Origin: Mobula hypostoma
Taxonomy: Eukaryota
NCBI RefSeq assembly: GCF_963921235.1
Contig: NC_086097.1
Span: 226,364,001-226,428,000, forward strand
Direction: 5' to 3'
Length of the DNA stretch: 64,000 nt
This document shows, in pieces, positions 1-12,400 of this stretch. The position numbers were made by a program, and so were the translations under genes. The notes beneath the pieces are model-generated. The model had not been told where the DNA came from, did not search any database, and was given only the letters and a program-made list of their open reading frames with translations. Positions within the stretch are counted from its first letter, which is position 1. Each line of letters begins with the position of its first letter.

Positions 1-297
1 AAGCTTCCTTATTCCTATTCAATTTGCCCTTAATCCTGACAGGAACATACAAACTCTGCACTCTCAAAATTTCCCCTTTGAAAGCTTCCCACCTACCAAT
101 CACATCTTTGTCAGAGAACAACCTGTCCCAATCCACGCTTTTTAGATCCTTTCTCATTTCTTCAAATTTGGCCTTCTTCCAGTTCAGAACCTCAACCCTA
201 GGACCAGATCTATCTTTGTCCATGATCAAATTGAAACTAATGGTGTTATGATCACTGGAACCAAAGTGCTCCCCTACACAGACTTCTGTCACTTGCC
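1..297 (-). mobile_element. CR1-type LINE ORF2 fragment (end of endonuclease plus linker), continuing beyond the window start
   Basis: The minus strand reads open as QVTEVCVGEHFGSSDHNTISFNLIMDKDRSGPRVEVLNWKKAKFEEMR...; SDH is the APE endonuclease motif of CR1 ORF2. Confidence 0.85.
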
Positions 298-1064
298 TCA
301 AATCTCTTGGATTTGTAACTGAAAATAAAAATGACTAAGTGATCTCAAAAAAGAAGGCAAAATAGTGCAGTACTGTTCATGAGTTTACAGACCTTTCAGA
401 AATCTGATGATAGTGACGATGAAGAAACATGTTCCTAAATATATGATGCCTAGCTTCAGCAGAGCTTGTTTGGGGTGCATCCTGTAGAATCTGGACCACC
501 ACTGCTTGGTATTTGCAGACGTGAGTGATGACATTGCTTTCTTTCAAGGAGAACTATGTTTAAACTACATTTAATTCAAATTTAATTTAACTTGAATGTC
601 TAAATGTCTGTATCTGCATTGCAACAATTGTCTGAGCGTTGCTTAGATATTATTGCCTCCATATATAATCATGTATCAACTGTGATTGTGGGAATAGAAA
701 TAAAACTATCACATAGATAATGTGACGAGTTAGTTCTGCATGAATGATTTTAGGTAAAATCCATACTTATGTGAAATTTATAACAGTGTGATTTCAAATG
801 TTTGGAAAACCAGTTAAACTCAAGAACAGAGTCTTTTCTTTGTGTTATTCTAATGACTTTTCAATACTGCATTCCTAAATATTTTTAAGCTGAAAACTGA
901 TGCCCTTTCCAAAGTATTTGCATCTTAATTGCATATGGATAGTTGCTGGACTGGAAACTATTGAAAGTTTGCAATGGCATTGTGAGGGGCAAAACCTTAA
1001 AGGAAACATCAAATTATACAGTAAATATAAAAATACAATGAAAAATATTTATTTACTTATTGAG

Positions 1065-1340
1065 AAAGAGTGTGGAATAGGCTCATTCTGCCCTTTGAGC
1101 CACGCTACCCAGAAATCCCCTGATTTAATCCAAGCCTAATCATGGAACAATTTATAATGACCCATTAACCTATCGACTGGTACATCTTTGGGCTGTGGGA
1201 GGAAGCTGGAGCACCCAGAGGAAACCCATGCAGTCACGGGGAAGAATGTACAAACTCCTTATAGACAGCAGTGGGAATTGAACCTGGGTTGTCTGTACTG
1301 TTAAGCACTGTGCTAACCATTACTCTGCCATGCTGCTCCA
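1065..1340 (-). mobile_element. tRNA-derived SINE (V-SINE/HE1-like)
   Basis: Minus strand shows A-box-like TGGCAGAGTAATGG, B-box GGTTCAATTCCC and the core GGGTTTCCTCTGGGTGCTCCAGCTTCCTCCCACAG. Confidence 0.75.
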
Positions 1341-1802
1341 TGAAATATGATAACATGTAAGTACTTTGATAATGAATTTCCTTTGAACTTTGAATTTGGA
1401 ATTAATTATGCTATTGTAGTGCAGGAAAGGTACAACTGTGAGATCTCCTCGACCCTCAACATTGGCTTTGAATAAATAACACTGTGAACTTAATAAAATG
1501 TGGCTATAAAGTCCATCTTGTCATACAGAGCTAGATTGTGCCCTGGCCCCTGATGAGATCAGGAACAACATCAGAGCTTGTGATCATGACAAAGAGGGGC
1601 TGAGAATGCAATGCCTATATATGTTCACCTTCTATGATCTGGTTCTCAGGGACTGACAAATTCATGAGCTATGACATTGGTGTGAGTAGATAGATGCCTA
1701 CTTGGCATAATAACGAAAGGGCAGCACAAATGAGCTCACGACTGCTGAGTCTTCAATTTTTCAGCACAGCTACCATTGAATCAGGTCCTACAGTATCACT
1801 AA

Positions 1803-2058
1803 CACGAAATACTCTGCAGGTGCTGGGGTCAAAGCAACACTCAAAACACGCCGGAGGAACTCAGCAGGTCGGGCAGCATCCGTGGAAATGATCAGTCAAT
1901 GTTTCGGGCCGGAACCCTTCATCAGGACTGAAGAGGGAAGGGGCAGAGGCCCCACCTTCTTTATAGGGCCTCTGAGCCTTCCCTCTTCAGTCCTGATGAA
2001 GGGTGCCAGCTGAAACATTGACTGATCATTTCCACGGATGCTGCCCGACCTGCTGAGT
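1803..2058. mobile_element. Penelope-like pseudo-LTR inverted pair (non-autonomous) with hammerhead motifs
   Basis: Inverted arms of about 97 bp (1855-1952 and 1966-2062), each containing CAGTC-CTGATGA...GAAAC-ATT-GACTG. Flanked by the direct repeat TCCTACAGTATCACTAA at 1786-1802 and 2059-2075. Confidence 0.8.
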
Positions 2059-3294
2059 TCCTACAGTATCACTAAGTGTTCCATAGTGGAGGCAACTTCT
2101 GTATTAAGCATGATTTTACATCATTGTTACACTGTGTAGATTATTTGAAGCATAAAGGGAAACATAGCCACCAGAGTTTGTTTATAATGTCAAGCTGGAA
2201 CTTGAGGTGTGATGTTGTTGAACTAATACGGAACAACTGGTCAAGCAGATAATCAGTTAGATTGTTTTGAGCTTGTATCAATTGACTAACAGCATTATCA
2301 ACAGGAAATGAAAAGGGATGAGACTGGGAAGAGGGAACAAGATAAGAGTCTGATTCTTTTATAATAGAACAATAGGAGTACAACATCAGCTGAACAAGCT
2401 CTGTGCAATTTCTTTATGGAATATAATTTAGTGAATTTCCACCTTTGATTCAAAGTTATTTTATTCTTCTTGAGACTCCAGACTTTGTGAAAAATGTTAG
2501 AATGAAGGTTGATCACATCTTCCATCTGTCTAATGCAATGGAAGTGTCTCCATAAGCTCCTCCTGGTCTCTACCTTTTCCTTCTTGAAGGGTTCAGTAAA
2601 TCTATTTCTTGCATGAGGGTTCATCATTCTTTCTAATCACTTCCTGCAAAGCTCAAAGTTGCTTATGAATTTCCTTGAAGAGGTTTCTTGAAATAAGTTA
2701 CAAAAATGGAAAATGATGAATGGTCACTGATTTTTAATTTGTGTCCTCATTTCAATTTAATGTTGCAATTTCGTTTTCCTCTCTTTCTAACTTTTGCTCT
2801 CTGTTCTCTGCTTTGATCTGTTCTACCTTGCCTCTTCAACCTTGATCTGGCAAAAGCAACATACATTTTTGTGATGAGCTCTGGTCTTGGTGTGGTCAGG
2901 CCAGATTGAAGTAGCAGCTGTTGGATTCTGAAGACCACGAGACCATAAGGCATAGGAGCAGAATTAGGCAATTTGGCCCATCATGTCTTTTTCATCCTTC
3001 CATCACGGCAGTTTTATTCCAGCTTCAAGCCCTTTAACTTATTCCAAAGTCCGGCACAGTATTAACAAAATATGATGAACTTTAAATGAAAGCATTCACC
3101 TCTATGAAATAACCTCCAATATAAAAAGCCCATCTCCTGGCAGGGCATTGAAATTTCAGCATAACATAATCATTGAACGTGTTATCAGATTCCCAATCAG
3201 AATTCTAGATAGGGATAGGATATTAGTCCAAAGATTTGATAGTTTTCTCTGTTATTCCTTAAAATTCTCATTACATCATGCCAAATGGACAAAT

Positions 3295-3860
3295 GATCAA
3301 AAGATGGAGGAATTCACTAGATCGGGCAGCTTCTATGGAGAGGAAGAAACAGTCAGTGTTTCGGGTTGAGACCCTTCATCGAGACTGAAAAGAATGGGGG
3401 ATAGGGGAAGAGTGAGAAATTGAAGAAAGGGGAGTTGAAGGTGTACAAGCTGGCAGGTGATAGGTTAGCCCAGGTGAGAGGGAAGGTGGGTGGGTAGGGG
3501 GAGGGGGGAATGAAGTGAGAAGCTGGGAGGTGATTGGTGGAAGAGGTAAAGGGCAGAAGAAGAAGGAGTCTAATAGGTGAGGAGAGTGGACCATGGGAGA
3601 AAGGGGAGGAGGGGCTCCAGTGGGAGGTGATGCGCAGGTGAGGAGAAAAGAGGAGATAAGAGTAGGAGGAGGAGTGGGAAATTAGCTGGAAAGTAGAGCA
3701 AATTCATGTTAATACCATTAGATTGGAAACTACACGGACAGAATATAAGATGTCACACCTCCAGCCAGAGGGTGGCCTCATCGTGATCCTAGAAGAGGGC
3801 ATGGACCAACATGCCAGAATGGGAGTAGGATCCAGCATCTGCAGAACCTCTCATGTTTGT
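3295..3860 (-). mobile_element. Penelope-like element 3' fragment
   Basis: Same pLTR family as 1803-2058, with a degenerate hammerhead motif near 3350-3388 and the purine-rich tract and ORF-end sequence shared with 8464-8990. Confidence 0.7.
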
Positions 3861-4076
3861 AACCAAAAGGCAGAGCTGTACACGGTGACTGAAAGCTCAA
3901 TGAATGAACCCTGAGCAGACAGGATGGATTTCACCAGATTTGAAAAGTGGGAACAGTTGGAACCTAGTTCGTGGGAGAGAAAGTAAAATGCATGGAGCTG
4001 GAAAATATGAAAAGGATATGCGACAATATTTTTGAAATATTGGGGTCAGCCAACTAGATCGCTTTAGTTTTAATAC

Positions 4077-4412
4077 TGTGGCGCTCCAGGCTGGGGAGTG
4101 GTCGACAGTTCGCCCCAGCATTTCTGGCCAGCACTAGTGTCAAAATGCCTTTGTGGGATTATGGTGGGATGTTCCTGTTCATTTATTGTTACATTTGAGT
4201 TTGAGTTATACAGTTATTCCCTTTTGTGTTTGTGGGTCTCCCTGACTGTAACCAGGGTGCGTGATCATTGCCTCCCCTATCTGCATGTGACTGGGTAGGT
4301 TCTCTCCCCAGGTCTTCGTGCCGGATCTGTTTTTGTGCTTGTCGCAATAAAAATGGCTGCTGAGCTAAAAGAGCTTCTCTCGTCTATCATCACGGACCGA
4401 ATGCTCACCACA
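4077..4412 (+). mobile_element. Solo LTR
   Basis: TGTGG...CCACA inverted termini, AATAAA near 4346, flanks ATAC/ATAT (4-bp TSD with one mismatch), and more CpG than the flanks. Confidence 0.65.
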
Positions 4413-4744
4413 ATATTTTTCTCCGAATACGGTCATTCTCTACTCTGTGGAAGAACAGTGGAATTTGGCTAACTTCAGCCTTGCTTCTTGGCATCAGTTG
4501 TCTAACGCCTCCTCCTATAATTTTGCTAGTCTGAAATCTGATTGGTTTTATTTGCAGTTATTTTTCAGAGCTGAGTACATTTCACTTACAGGGCACCTCT
4601 TCTCACTGGTCTGTGGCCCAGCACTGGTGCAGGGAAGGAGAAAAAGGAGCAGCCATCTTAAAGTTCTTGGCCCAGCATCTGTCACTACTATCTGCCCAAC
4701 ACATATCCTGATGGCAGTGCTACGATGAAAGCAAGTTTTTCAAA

Positions 4745-5190
4745 ATTCAAAGTTCAAAGTACATTTATTATCAAAGTGTGTATACTTCATACAACCTAGA
4801 GATTTGCCTTCTCATAGGCAGCTACAAAACCAAGAAACCCAATAGAACCCAGTAAAACAAAAGAAGGCTGTTGACTACTCAATGTGCAGAGAGAAAGAAA
4901 ACGAATAGTGCTAACAAGAAAAATAAGCAAATAGTATTCAGAACTGAAGTGAGCAACAGAGGCCTGTTAGTTGCAGGCCACAGCCTTAGTTCATTGCAGA
5001 GACAAGTAAAACCTTGTGGAGCAGTGAGCTGAACACCAGCCTGTCCTTCGCGTCCGATCCCAACACTCTGGCCTTTTCAGTCTGGCCTGGAGCTTAAATC
5101 ATCCAAATCTTGGATTGCCCCTTACTCTCGGACCCAGGCTCTGCCACTTCAATACACTTGTGGGCCTGTGCCCTGCCACCTCCTAAAAAG
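4745..5190 (-). mobile_element. Rex1/Babar-type LINE 3' UTR-derived repeat
   Basis: Starts with the TTCAAAGTTCAAAGT..ATTTATTATCAAAGT tail motif also seen at 56670 and 61730. Confidence 0.55.
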
Positions 5191-5296
5191 AGAAACAGGA
5201 GAAGGTGAGAGGAAGGAGAAAAAGAGTGTAAGAAATGAAAGAAAGATATTATTTCAGTGGAAGTTTACAGAATTATGGGAATATCTGTGTTTATAC

Positions 5297-5480
5297 AAGA
5301 ACATAAGGACATAGGAGCAAGAGGGGGCCGCCTAGCTCCTCAAGCCTGCCTTGCAATCATGGTTTATCTACCCAGGCCTCAACTTCTCTTCTCTGCCAGT
5401 TCCACATATCCCTCAATCCTCTGACCTTTCATAAATGCTTCCTCTTCCTTAAATACCCTAAATGAGCTAGCTTGAAACAC
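5297..5480 (-). mobile_element. CR1 LINE 3' end (degenerate)
   Basis: AAGAACATAAGGACATAGGAGCA tail motif shared with the other CR1 ends in the window. Confidence 0.6.
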
Positions 5481-6029
5481 TTTTCAGAACTTCAAAATGT
5501 CTGAAATCATTGTACAGTCAATGCCGTCACCCTTCAAATGGAAACACTTGACACCTTCCATTCTCTTAATGGTAAATTTCCACAAGCAGATGATGAGATC
5601 ATGGTGAAAATTTCTCTCTGTTTCATGGCTTCGGACATTGAGGTAACTTTGAACCATGCCCTTGTACCGTTCTTGCCCGCCCGAGAGTATGGACAACCTA
5701 ACATGATATTCAAAGCTGCGCACGTTTCCCAATACCAGAAAGGAGTACAGTCCAGAGCAGGATCTGCTGCATGGCCCGGGTTTATTGTCTCACTGCGTTA
5801 TTTCTACTCAGGCATGGGTGAAATTCTGCAAACTAAGGCCAGTACATGTATTACCCCCCAATGTGGCGAACATGAGCTAAGTTCAATATTAATTGGCAGA
5901 CTCTGAAGCATTTTCATTTTGATGCAGACAGTCAGTCACACGCACATAACCAGATTAGGCACGGATGAGAAATTGCAAGGGAGCAAATCATATGTTATGT
6001 GCTATGCCACGACCAACTACTTCACTGAG

Positions 6030-6365
6030 GGGTATAAATGGGTAAATGCAAACAGGCTGAGGTTGGGTGAGACTAGAACCAGAGGTCTTAGGTTAAGGGT
6101 AAAGTTAAAATACTTAAGGGGAACCTGAGGGGGATACTTCTTCACTCAGAGAGTAGTGTGAGTGTGGAGTGAGCTACCAACAGGGGTGGTGGATGCAGGT
6201 TCAATTTCAACATTTAAGAGACACTTGGATAAGTAATGGAAGGGAAGAATATGGAGTACATTTGCAGCTCAATGGGACTAGGTAGAATAATAATTTGGCA
6301 TGAACTAGAGGGGCAGTTTGGCAGAAGGGCCTGTTTCTGTCTTGTAGTACTTAATGACTCTGTAA
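6030..6365 (+). mobile_element. CR1 LINE 3' end
   Basis: Encodes TRTRG...RG followed by TTCTTCACTCAGAGAGTAGTG, the typical CR1 ORF2 C-terminus and 3' UTR. Confidence 0.7.
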
Positions 6366-6461
6366 GACAGTGGCTCAGTCTATCCCCATACCCCTGCCTT
6401 CTCACCATATTCTTTGATGCCCTGACGGATCGAGAAGTGATCAACTTCAGCCTTAAACAGA

Positions 6462-7255
6462 AGACCATAAGAACATAAGACATAAGAGCAGAATTAGGCC
6501 ATCTGGTCCATCGAGTCTGCTCCACCATTCAATCATGACTGATCCTTTTTTGTTCTCTCCTCCTCAACCCCAGTTCCCGGTCTTCTCTTCATAACATTTG
6601 ATGCCATGTCCAATCAAGAACCTATCAATCTCTGCCTTAAGTACACCCAACGACCTGGCCTCCACAGCTGCATGTGGCAACAAATTCCATAAATTCACCA
6701 CCCTTTGGCTAAAGAAATTTCTCAGCATCTCTGTTTTGAAAGGGCGCCCTTCTATCCTGAGGCTGTGGCCTCTTGTCCTGGATTCCACCATGGGAAACCT
6801 CCTTTCCACATCTACTCTGTCTAGGTCTTTCAACATTTTAAAGTTTCAAAGAGATTCCTCTTCATTCTTCTGAATTCCAGTGAGTACAGACCCACAGCCT
6901 TCAAACGTTCCTCAGATGATAACCCTTTTGTTCCTGGAATCATCCTTGTGAACCTCCTCTGGACACTGCCTAATGCCAGTACATCTTTTCTAAGATGAGG
7001 GGCCAAAAACTGTTCACAATACTCAGGGTGAGGCCTCACCAGTGCTTCATAAAGCCTCAGCATCACATCCTTGCTCTTGTATTCTAGACTTCTTGAAATG
7101 AATGCTAACATGGCATTTGCCTTCCGCACCACCAACTCCACCTGCAAACTAACCTTCAGGGTGTTTTGCACAAGGACTCCCAGGTCCCTCTGCATCTCAG
7201 ATTCCTGGATTTTCTCCCTGTTTAGAAAATAGTCCACACGTTTATTTCTACTACA
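6462..7255 (-). mobile_element. CR1 LINE 3' portion (ORF2 C-terminus plus 3' UTR)
   Basis: ORFs 6830..7237 and 6564..6836 give RDLGVLV, LYEALVRPHPEYC and RNFFSQRVVNLWN; (CATAAGAA)n-like tail. Confidence 0.92.
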
Positions 7256-8463
7256 GTGTTCCTGTGTTAGGAAGAATGAACTTGAGCATTAGTTCATGTT
7301 ACGAAGCTAGTTTTCTGGAGTCCCTTTAACTCGGAGCTCAGTCATTGGAATTCTCAGCAACTCCTTCCCGATGGCACTTGGATGACCAATTAACAGAAGG
7401 AAAGATTGCTCTCACCTAGAATCGCCAAAGAGATCATCGTTGCTGAAGTGTAGTTGGAATATTTAGTTCACACAGGATTCCCAGAAGTGAGAGCTCATTT
7501 TCTTCACATCATTTTGTCTTTTAGCAGGGAATGACACAGAGACACATACTTAGAAGCATGCAGCTCAAAGGGAGTGGAGTGACACACTGTCAGCCGGCCT
7601 CATTAGTGTGAGCTGCAGATGATACAGTCGGTTTCACGAGTTCTGGTATATTCCACACCTGAAACACTTCTGGGAAAAAGTGTAGCTACCTTTGTAAATT
7701 TATAGTGCATATTTCACAGGCTGGGCAAAGTCATACGAGGAACTGCAGAGTTCTGATTTATTTGAGGTTCTTATCCTGCTTACAGCAATGCAGGGTGGAA
7801 GGTAAAACGTATCGCGGGACCACATTTATTTACAGACACTCCTTGAGAAGAGTAAAACTAGCTTCAGAACATGAACTAATTTGCAAGGTTAACTGAGTTC
7901 TGAGATATCAGTTTTCATAAGGGTATTGGTATTGCCTTTGTTGATTTTGAAGATTCAACAGTTGTTGTAAAATTTACCTCAGAATTTGTTCAATGTGCCT
8001 CTTGAATCTCTTCAGTCATGTTAAGTGTCAACTCTTCAACAATCGTGGTACTCAGTTCAACTGTAATTAAACTCTTAATTAATCTTTCTCTGTATTCTTT
8101 TGAGTATCTTGCACTGGTAATAAGTGGTCAACTTAAACCTTTCTGGGTCTGTCATTAACACTTATAGGATAATACGTGGAACCATAAGTTTTCCCAATAT
8201 CTTGCCTTCATCTCCCTAACGGCAGGGACCCATATGTGCTTTGAACTTCTTTCTTGATTTTGATGTTTGATTTGTTGCAACTGCTTTTCTTCTGTCTTTC
8301 CTTGCAGTTCGGCTGAACCAGTTGAATGCAACCTGAGTCTTTTGTATTTCTGCAGGAGCGCACAGTGCAGTGGAATGAAAGCTCAATCAATAATTCAGAA
8401 GGAAAACTGCAGGACAATGCTTCACATTTACATTTGATATACTTTTCATGAACTCTTTCCTTC

Positions 8464-8990
8464 ATGCAACACACGCAAAATGCTGGAGGAGCTCAGCACG
8501 TCAGGCAGCATCCATGGGAAAGAGGAGACAGTCAACATTTTGGGCCAAGTCCCTTCTTCAGGACTGAGAGAGAAGGGGGAGGATGCCAGAATGAAAAGGT
8601 AGGGTGGGGGGGAGGGGAGGGGAAGGTGATAGGTGAAGTCAGGTGGGTGGGAAAGGTCAAGGGTTAGAGAAAGAAGAATCTGATAGGAGAAGAGAGTGGA
8701 CAGGAGGAGAAAGGGAAGGAGGAGGTGATAGGCAGGTGAGAAGAAGTGAAAGGTCAGAATAGGGAATGGGGGTTGGTTGGGAGTTTGTTCACCAGAAGGA
8801 GAAATCAATATTCATACCATCAGGTTGGTGGGTACCCAGATGGAATAAAAGGAGTTGCTCCTCCACCCTGAGGGTGGCCTCATCTTGGCACAAGAGAAGG
8901 CCCTGGATCGCCACACCTGAATGGGAATGAAAATCAGAATTTAAATGTTTGGCCACTGGGAAGTCCCACTTGTAGAGGATGAAGTAGATG
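8464..8990 (-). mobile_element. Penelope-like element 3' fragment (GIY-YIG C-terminus plus pLTR)
   Basis: Minus strand encodes ...FPVAKHLNS...QDEATLRVEEQ...QPDGMNIDFS, a typical Penelope ORF end, followed by a pLTR with a degenerate hammerhead motif. Confidence 0.75.
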
Positions 8991-9714
8991 ATCCTTAATG
9001 CCTCCTCTTATTATAGCTTTTGTAAATTGAAATGAACAGTATTCCTATTCCCTAATTAGAATATCACCAGAAACCCTACGAGTTCCAACATATATCTACA
9101 TTCAGCAATGGGGCATTACTCCAAATATTTTATCTCATTTTGAATGGTGGTCCACCAGCACCGTTAAACTACCCATATCTTTCCTGCCCTAATCCGTGGA
9201 CTGATACCCCAGAACAATGCTCTTGTTGGTTACTGACCACATGCAAGCTGCCCATCCTTGGACCAGATTCTGCAAATCCCACAACAGTAACATCACAAAT
9301 GCAGCTTCATCTTTGTGGCATTGCGTTACTAATGCTTCTCTTACATTGAAAATCTACTTGTAAGACATCATTTTGGTTTTATCTTCTGGATCTTGCTTTC
9401 CATATCAAAGTTATGTCCCCTTTCTATTAACAGTGAAAGCCTTTTCCTTCTCTACAATGTTTCAATTGCAATAGGTGCTTGATGACAGTTTTCCTGCTTG
9501 TCTCTTTCTGGCTCAGTGCTGGATCTCTCAACTTTGCTGTTGGTCTGTGACAATAGACTGTACTCACACTACTGTATGCATTACTGTACTCACACTACTG
9601 TATGCACTCACTAAATTCTTTGGGGTTCTTTAAGCTTCTCCCATCAATTCAACTATTTTACATGGGTAGTTTACATTGGAGAAAATAATACTTCTGTCCA
9701 TATCAAAGTTCCTT

Positions 9715-10265
9715 AAGGTTGTCATAGCCAGGGGTGGTAATGGGGAGAAGCTCCCACTCCCAATTGCGTGTGCCTCAAATAGCCTCTGACAACCAAGTCC
9801 TGCTCCTGGCCTTCACGTGTGGCTTAGCTACTAAGCCCAGAGGAACCGTTCCTGCTGACAGGAGAAGGGGCAAGAGCAGGTTACTGGCACCTTAAAACTA
9901 GTCGCTTCGGGTGATGGGGCTGGTCAGTCGTGGCTGCAGCTCATCTAGGAGACAGAAAACTCTGACCTCAAACCTCCACTGCCTTGCGGCTGTAACCATT
10001 CATGGGGAAGACTTCAGGAGTAATCCCCAAGGGAAAAAACCAGAGCAGTCCTACATTGAGTTCCATGCTGACTGGCAACTCCCTGCGAAGCTGCTGGTTC
10101 CAAACAGTATCAGTCTCCGCCATTCCTCTGGATTTATCAGATGCACGCATCAGAGCTTGTTACATGGACAACAGCCTGCTCTCCATATCGTACTGCCCAG
10201 GCTTGCTTATCTAGACAGCCAGGATGCAGCGTCCATGGTTGACCCTGACCGACTGAGGCCTCCTC
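9715..10265 (+). mobile_element. RTE-LINE 5'UTR-like repeat / RTE-derived non-autonomous element
   Basis: GC-richer block with AAAACTCTGACCTCAAACCTCCACTGCCTTGCGG, recalled from RTE 5' UTRs; carries HDV-like ribozyme motifs near its 5' end. Confidence 0.5.
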
Positions 10266-10475
10266 GTTCACTCAAACATTAACTATCAATAAGTTTGATT
10301 GAAATAGATCATCTGCTAAATTGTATACGATCCCTTCATGCCTGATTTAGAAAGATGGTAAAATTACAAAGTCAAAATACATTCTTTAGAAACTATTACT
10401 TAATCACAAATGAAATTTGAGCTACTAAGAACATAAAAACATAAGGACGTAAGAAATAGGAGCAGCAGTAGGCCA

Positions 10476-11210
10476 CCCAACTTCAGGTGTGCTAGGAGTC
10501 ACACTCACATCCCCATCTACATCAACGGAGCTGTAGTGGAGCGTGTATAAAGCTTCAAATTCCTTGGTGTCCACATTTCCGAGGATCTCACCTGGTCCCT
10601 GAACTTCTCCATCCTGATCAAAAAGGTGCAACAGTGCCTTTATTTCCTGCGGAGCATCAAGAAAGCTCACCTCTGTCCCAGGATACTGACGGACTTTTAC
10701 TGCTGTATCATTGAGAGCATATTCACAAACTTCATCTCAGTGTGGTATGGCAATCGGACTGCAAAGCATTCCAGCGTGTGATGAAAACTGCTCAGCGGAT
10801 TATTGGCACCCAATTGCACACCGTTGAGAACATCTACCATAAAAGCTTCCTGGGCGGGGCGAAAAGCATTATCAAGGATGTATCTCACCCTAACCATGGA
10901 CTTTTAACTCTCCTCCCATCCGGTAGGTGCGACAGGAGCCTCCGCTCCCGCACCAGCAGGCTCAGGAAGAGCTTCTTCCCTGAGGCTGTGACCCTGCTGA
11001 ATCTCACATCACAGCGCTAAGCAGTATTGCATCCATATTGTACTGTCTCAGTACTTTTATATTTGTGTGCTGTAGCACTTACTTTTTATTCGCTGTTATT
11101 TTGTAAATAACACTATTCTTTGCATTCTTTGCTAACTGCATTTCATTGGCTTTATATCTGTACTCGGCACAATGACAATAAAGTTGGATCTAATCTAATC
11201 TAATCCAATC
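10476..11210 (+). mobile_element. Rex1/Babar LINE 3' portion inserted into a minus-strand CR1 3' end (10425-10475 and 11211-11310)
   Basis: Encodes FKFLGVHISEDLTWS...LYFLRSIKK...LLPSGR...SFFPEAVTLLN; AATAAA and (ATCTA)n tail. The CR1 tail sequence resumes after it. Confidence 0.88.
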
Positions 11211-12069
11211 CGGCCCATCGAGCCTGCCCCACCATTCAATAAGATCATGGCTGATCTGTCTGTAAACTCAGCTCCATCTACTTGTTTTTTCCCCATAACC
11301 CTTAATTCCCATTCTAGTCCTGAATTTGTAAACTTTCAATAATCTCTGTAATTGTGGAATAAAAATGACTTTGCAATCTATCTTTACATCACTTTATCAA
11401 ACCACCTTTCATACTCTGTGGGCTAGAGGGGCTATGAAAGTGGGACAAACATCTGAACCATCGCAGTTGATAAAATCGCTTTCTTCCATTCTTGTGCAAC
11501 TTCATTTTGAGCAGGTATCGGTCTGCCCTTTCCATGAATTTCAATATCATTGTTTGCCCTGAAAGCATCTCCATCCACACCATGAAAGAACTGAGTATCC
11601 CCTTTTCCAACATTATAGTTCCCAAGGCTCCCAGCTGGACTGGATCTGAGTTGCAATCTTGCAACGTTCCCACTTCAACACTGTAAGATTTAACTCAATA
11701 ATCCTGCACGCTAACCCTTAATTTGATTGTGACCAAGTCACAGGGTAATGCAGCACAGGCTGAGTCCCTTCAATCCACCATCTCCATGCCACCCATTGAG
11801 AATGAGGGGTCTTTGACACTAATCCAATTTTTCAAAGTTTAGCATTCTGTGCCTTCAAGATTCAAATTCTCATCTATATATTTCTTAAATATTGTGAGAG
11901 CACCTGCCTTCACCAAGTTCTCAAGCAGTTCATTTCAGATTCCATCCATCCTCTGGGTGAAAATGTTTTCCTCAGAGACTAACTTCCACCCTTTTTCTTC
12001 CTCAGTATCTAATCTTCAGTCACTTGATGTATTTTATGACACCTTCAGGCAGCTTCATTTCTTATTGAA

Positions 12070-12400
12070 TTCTTTCTCATCTGGGGTAGTGAAAAAGCAT
12101 AGGACACAGATCTAAAAGGTGGCTAAAGGACGTCCCTTTAGAACTGAGATGAGGAGGAATTTCTTTCGCTAGTGGGTAGTGAATCTGTGGAAATCATTGC
12201 CACAGATAGCTGCCTAGTCATTGGATGTATTTAAAGCAGAGGTTGGTAGTTATTGACTAATAAGGGTGTTAAAAGTTATGGGGATAAGGCAGGAAAACGA
12301 GGTTGAGAGGAATAATAAATCAGCCATGATGGTATGGTAGAGTGGACTCAATGAGCTGAAATGGCCTAATTCTGCTCCTATGTCTTATGGTCTCATGATA
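12070..12400 (+). mobile_element. CR1 LINE 3' end
   Basis: AGAACTGAGATGAGGAGGAATTTCTT...GAATCTGTGG...CCTAATTCTGCTCCTATGTCTTATGGTC. Confidence 0.85.

Noticed and set aside
5538..5906. 122-aa ORF in a GC-richer block
   Set aside because: No recognisable domain or convincing splice signals; cannot be supported as coding.
9557..9606. Two tandem copies of ACTGTACTCACACTACTGTATGCA
   Set aside because: Simple local duplication with no array structure.
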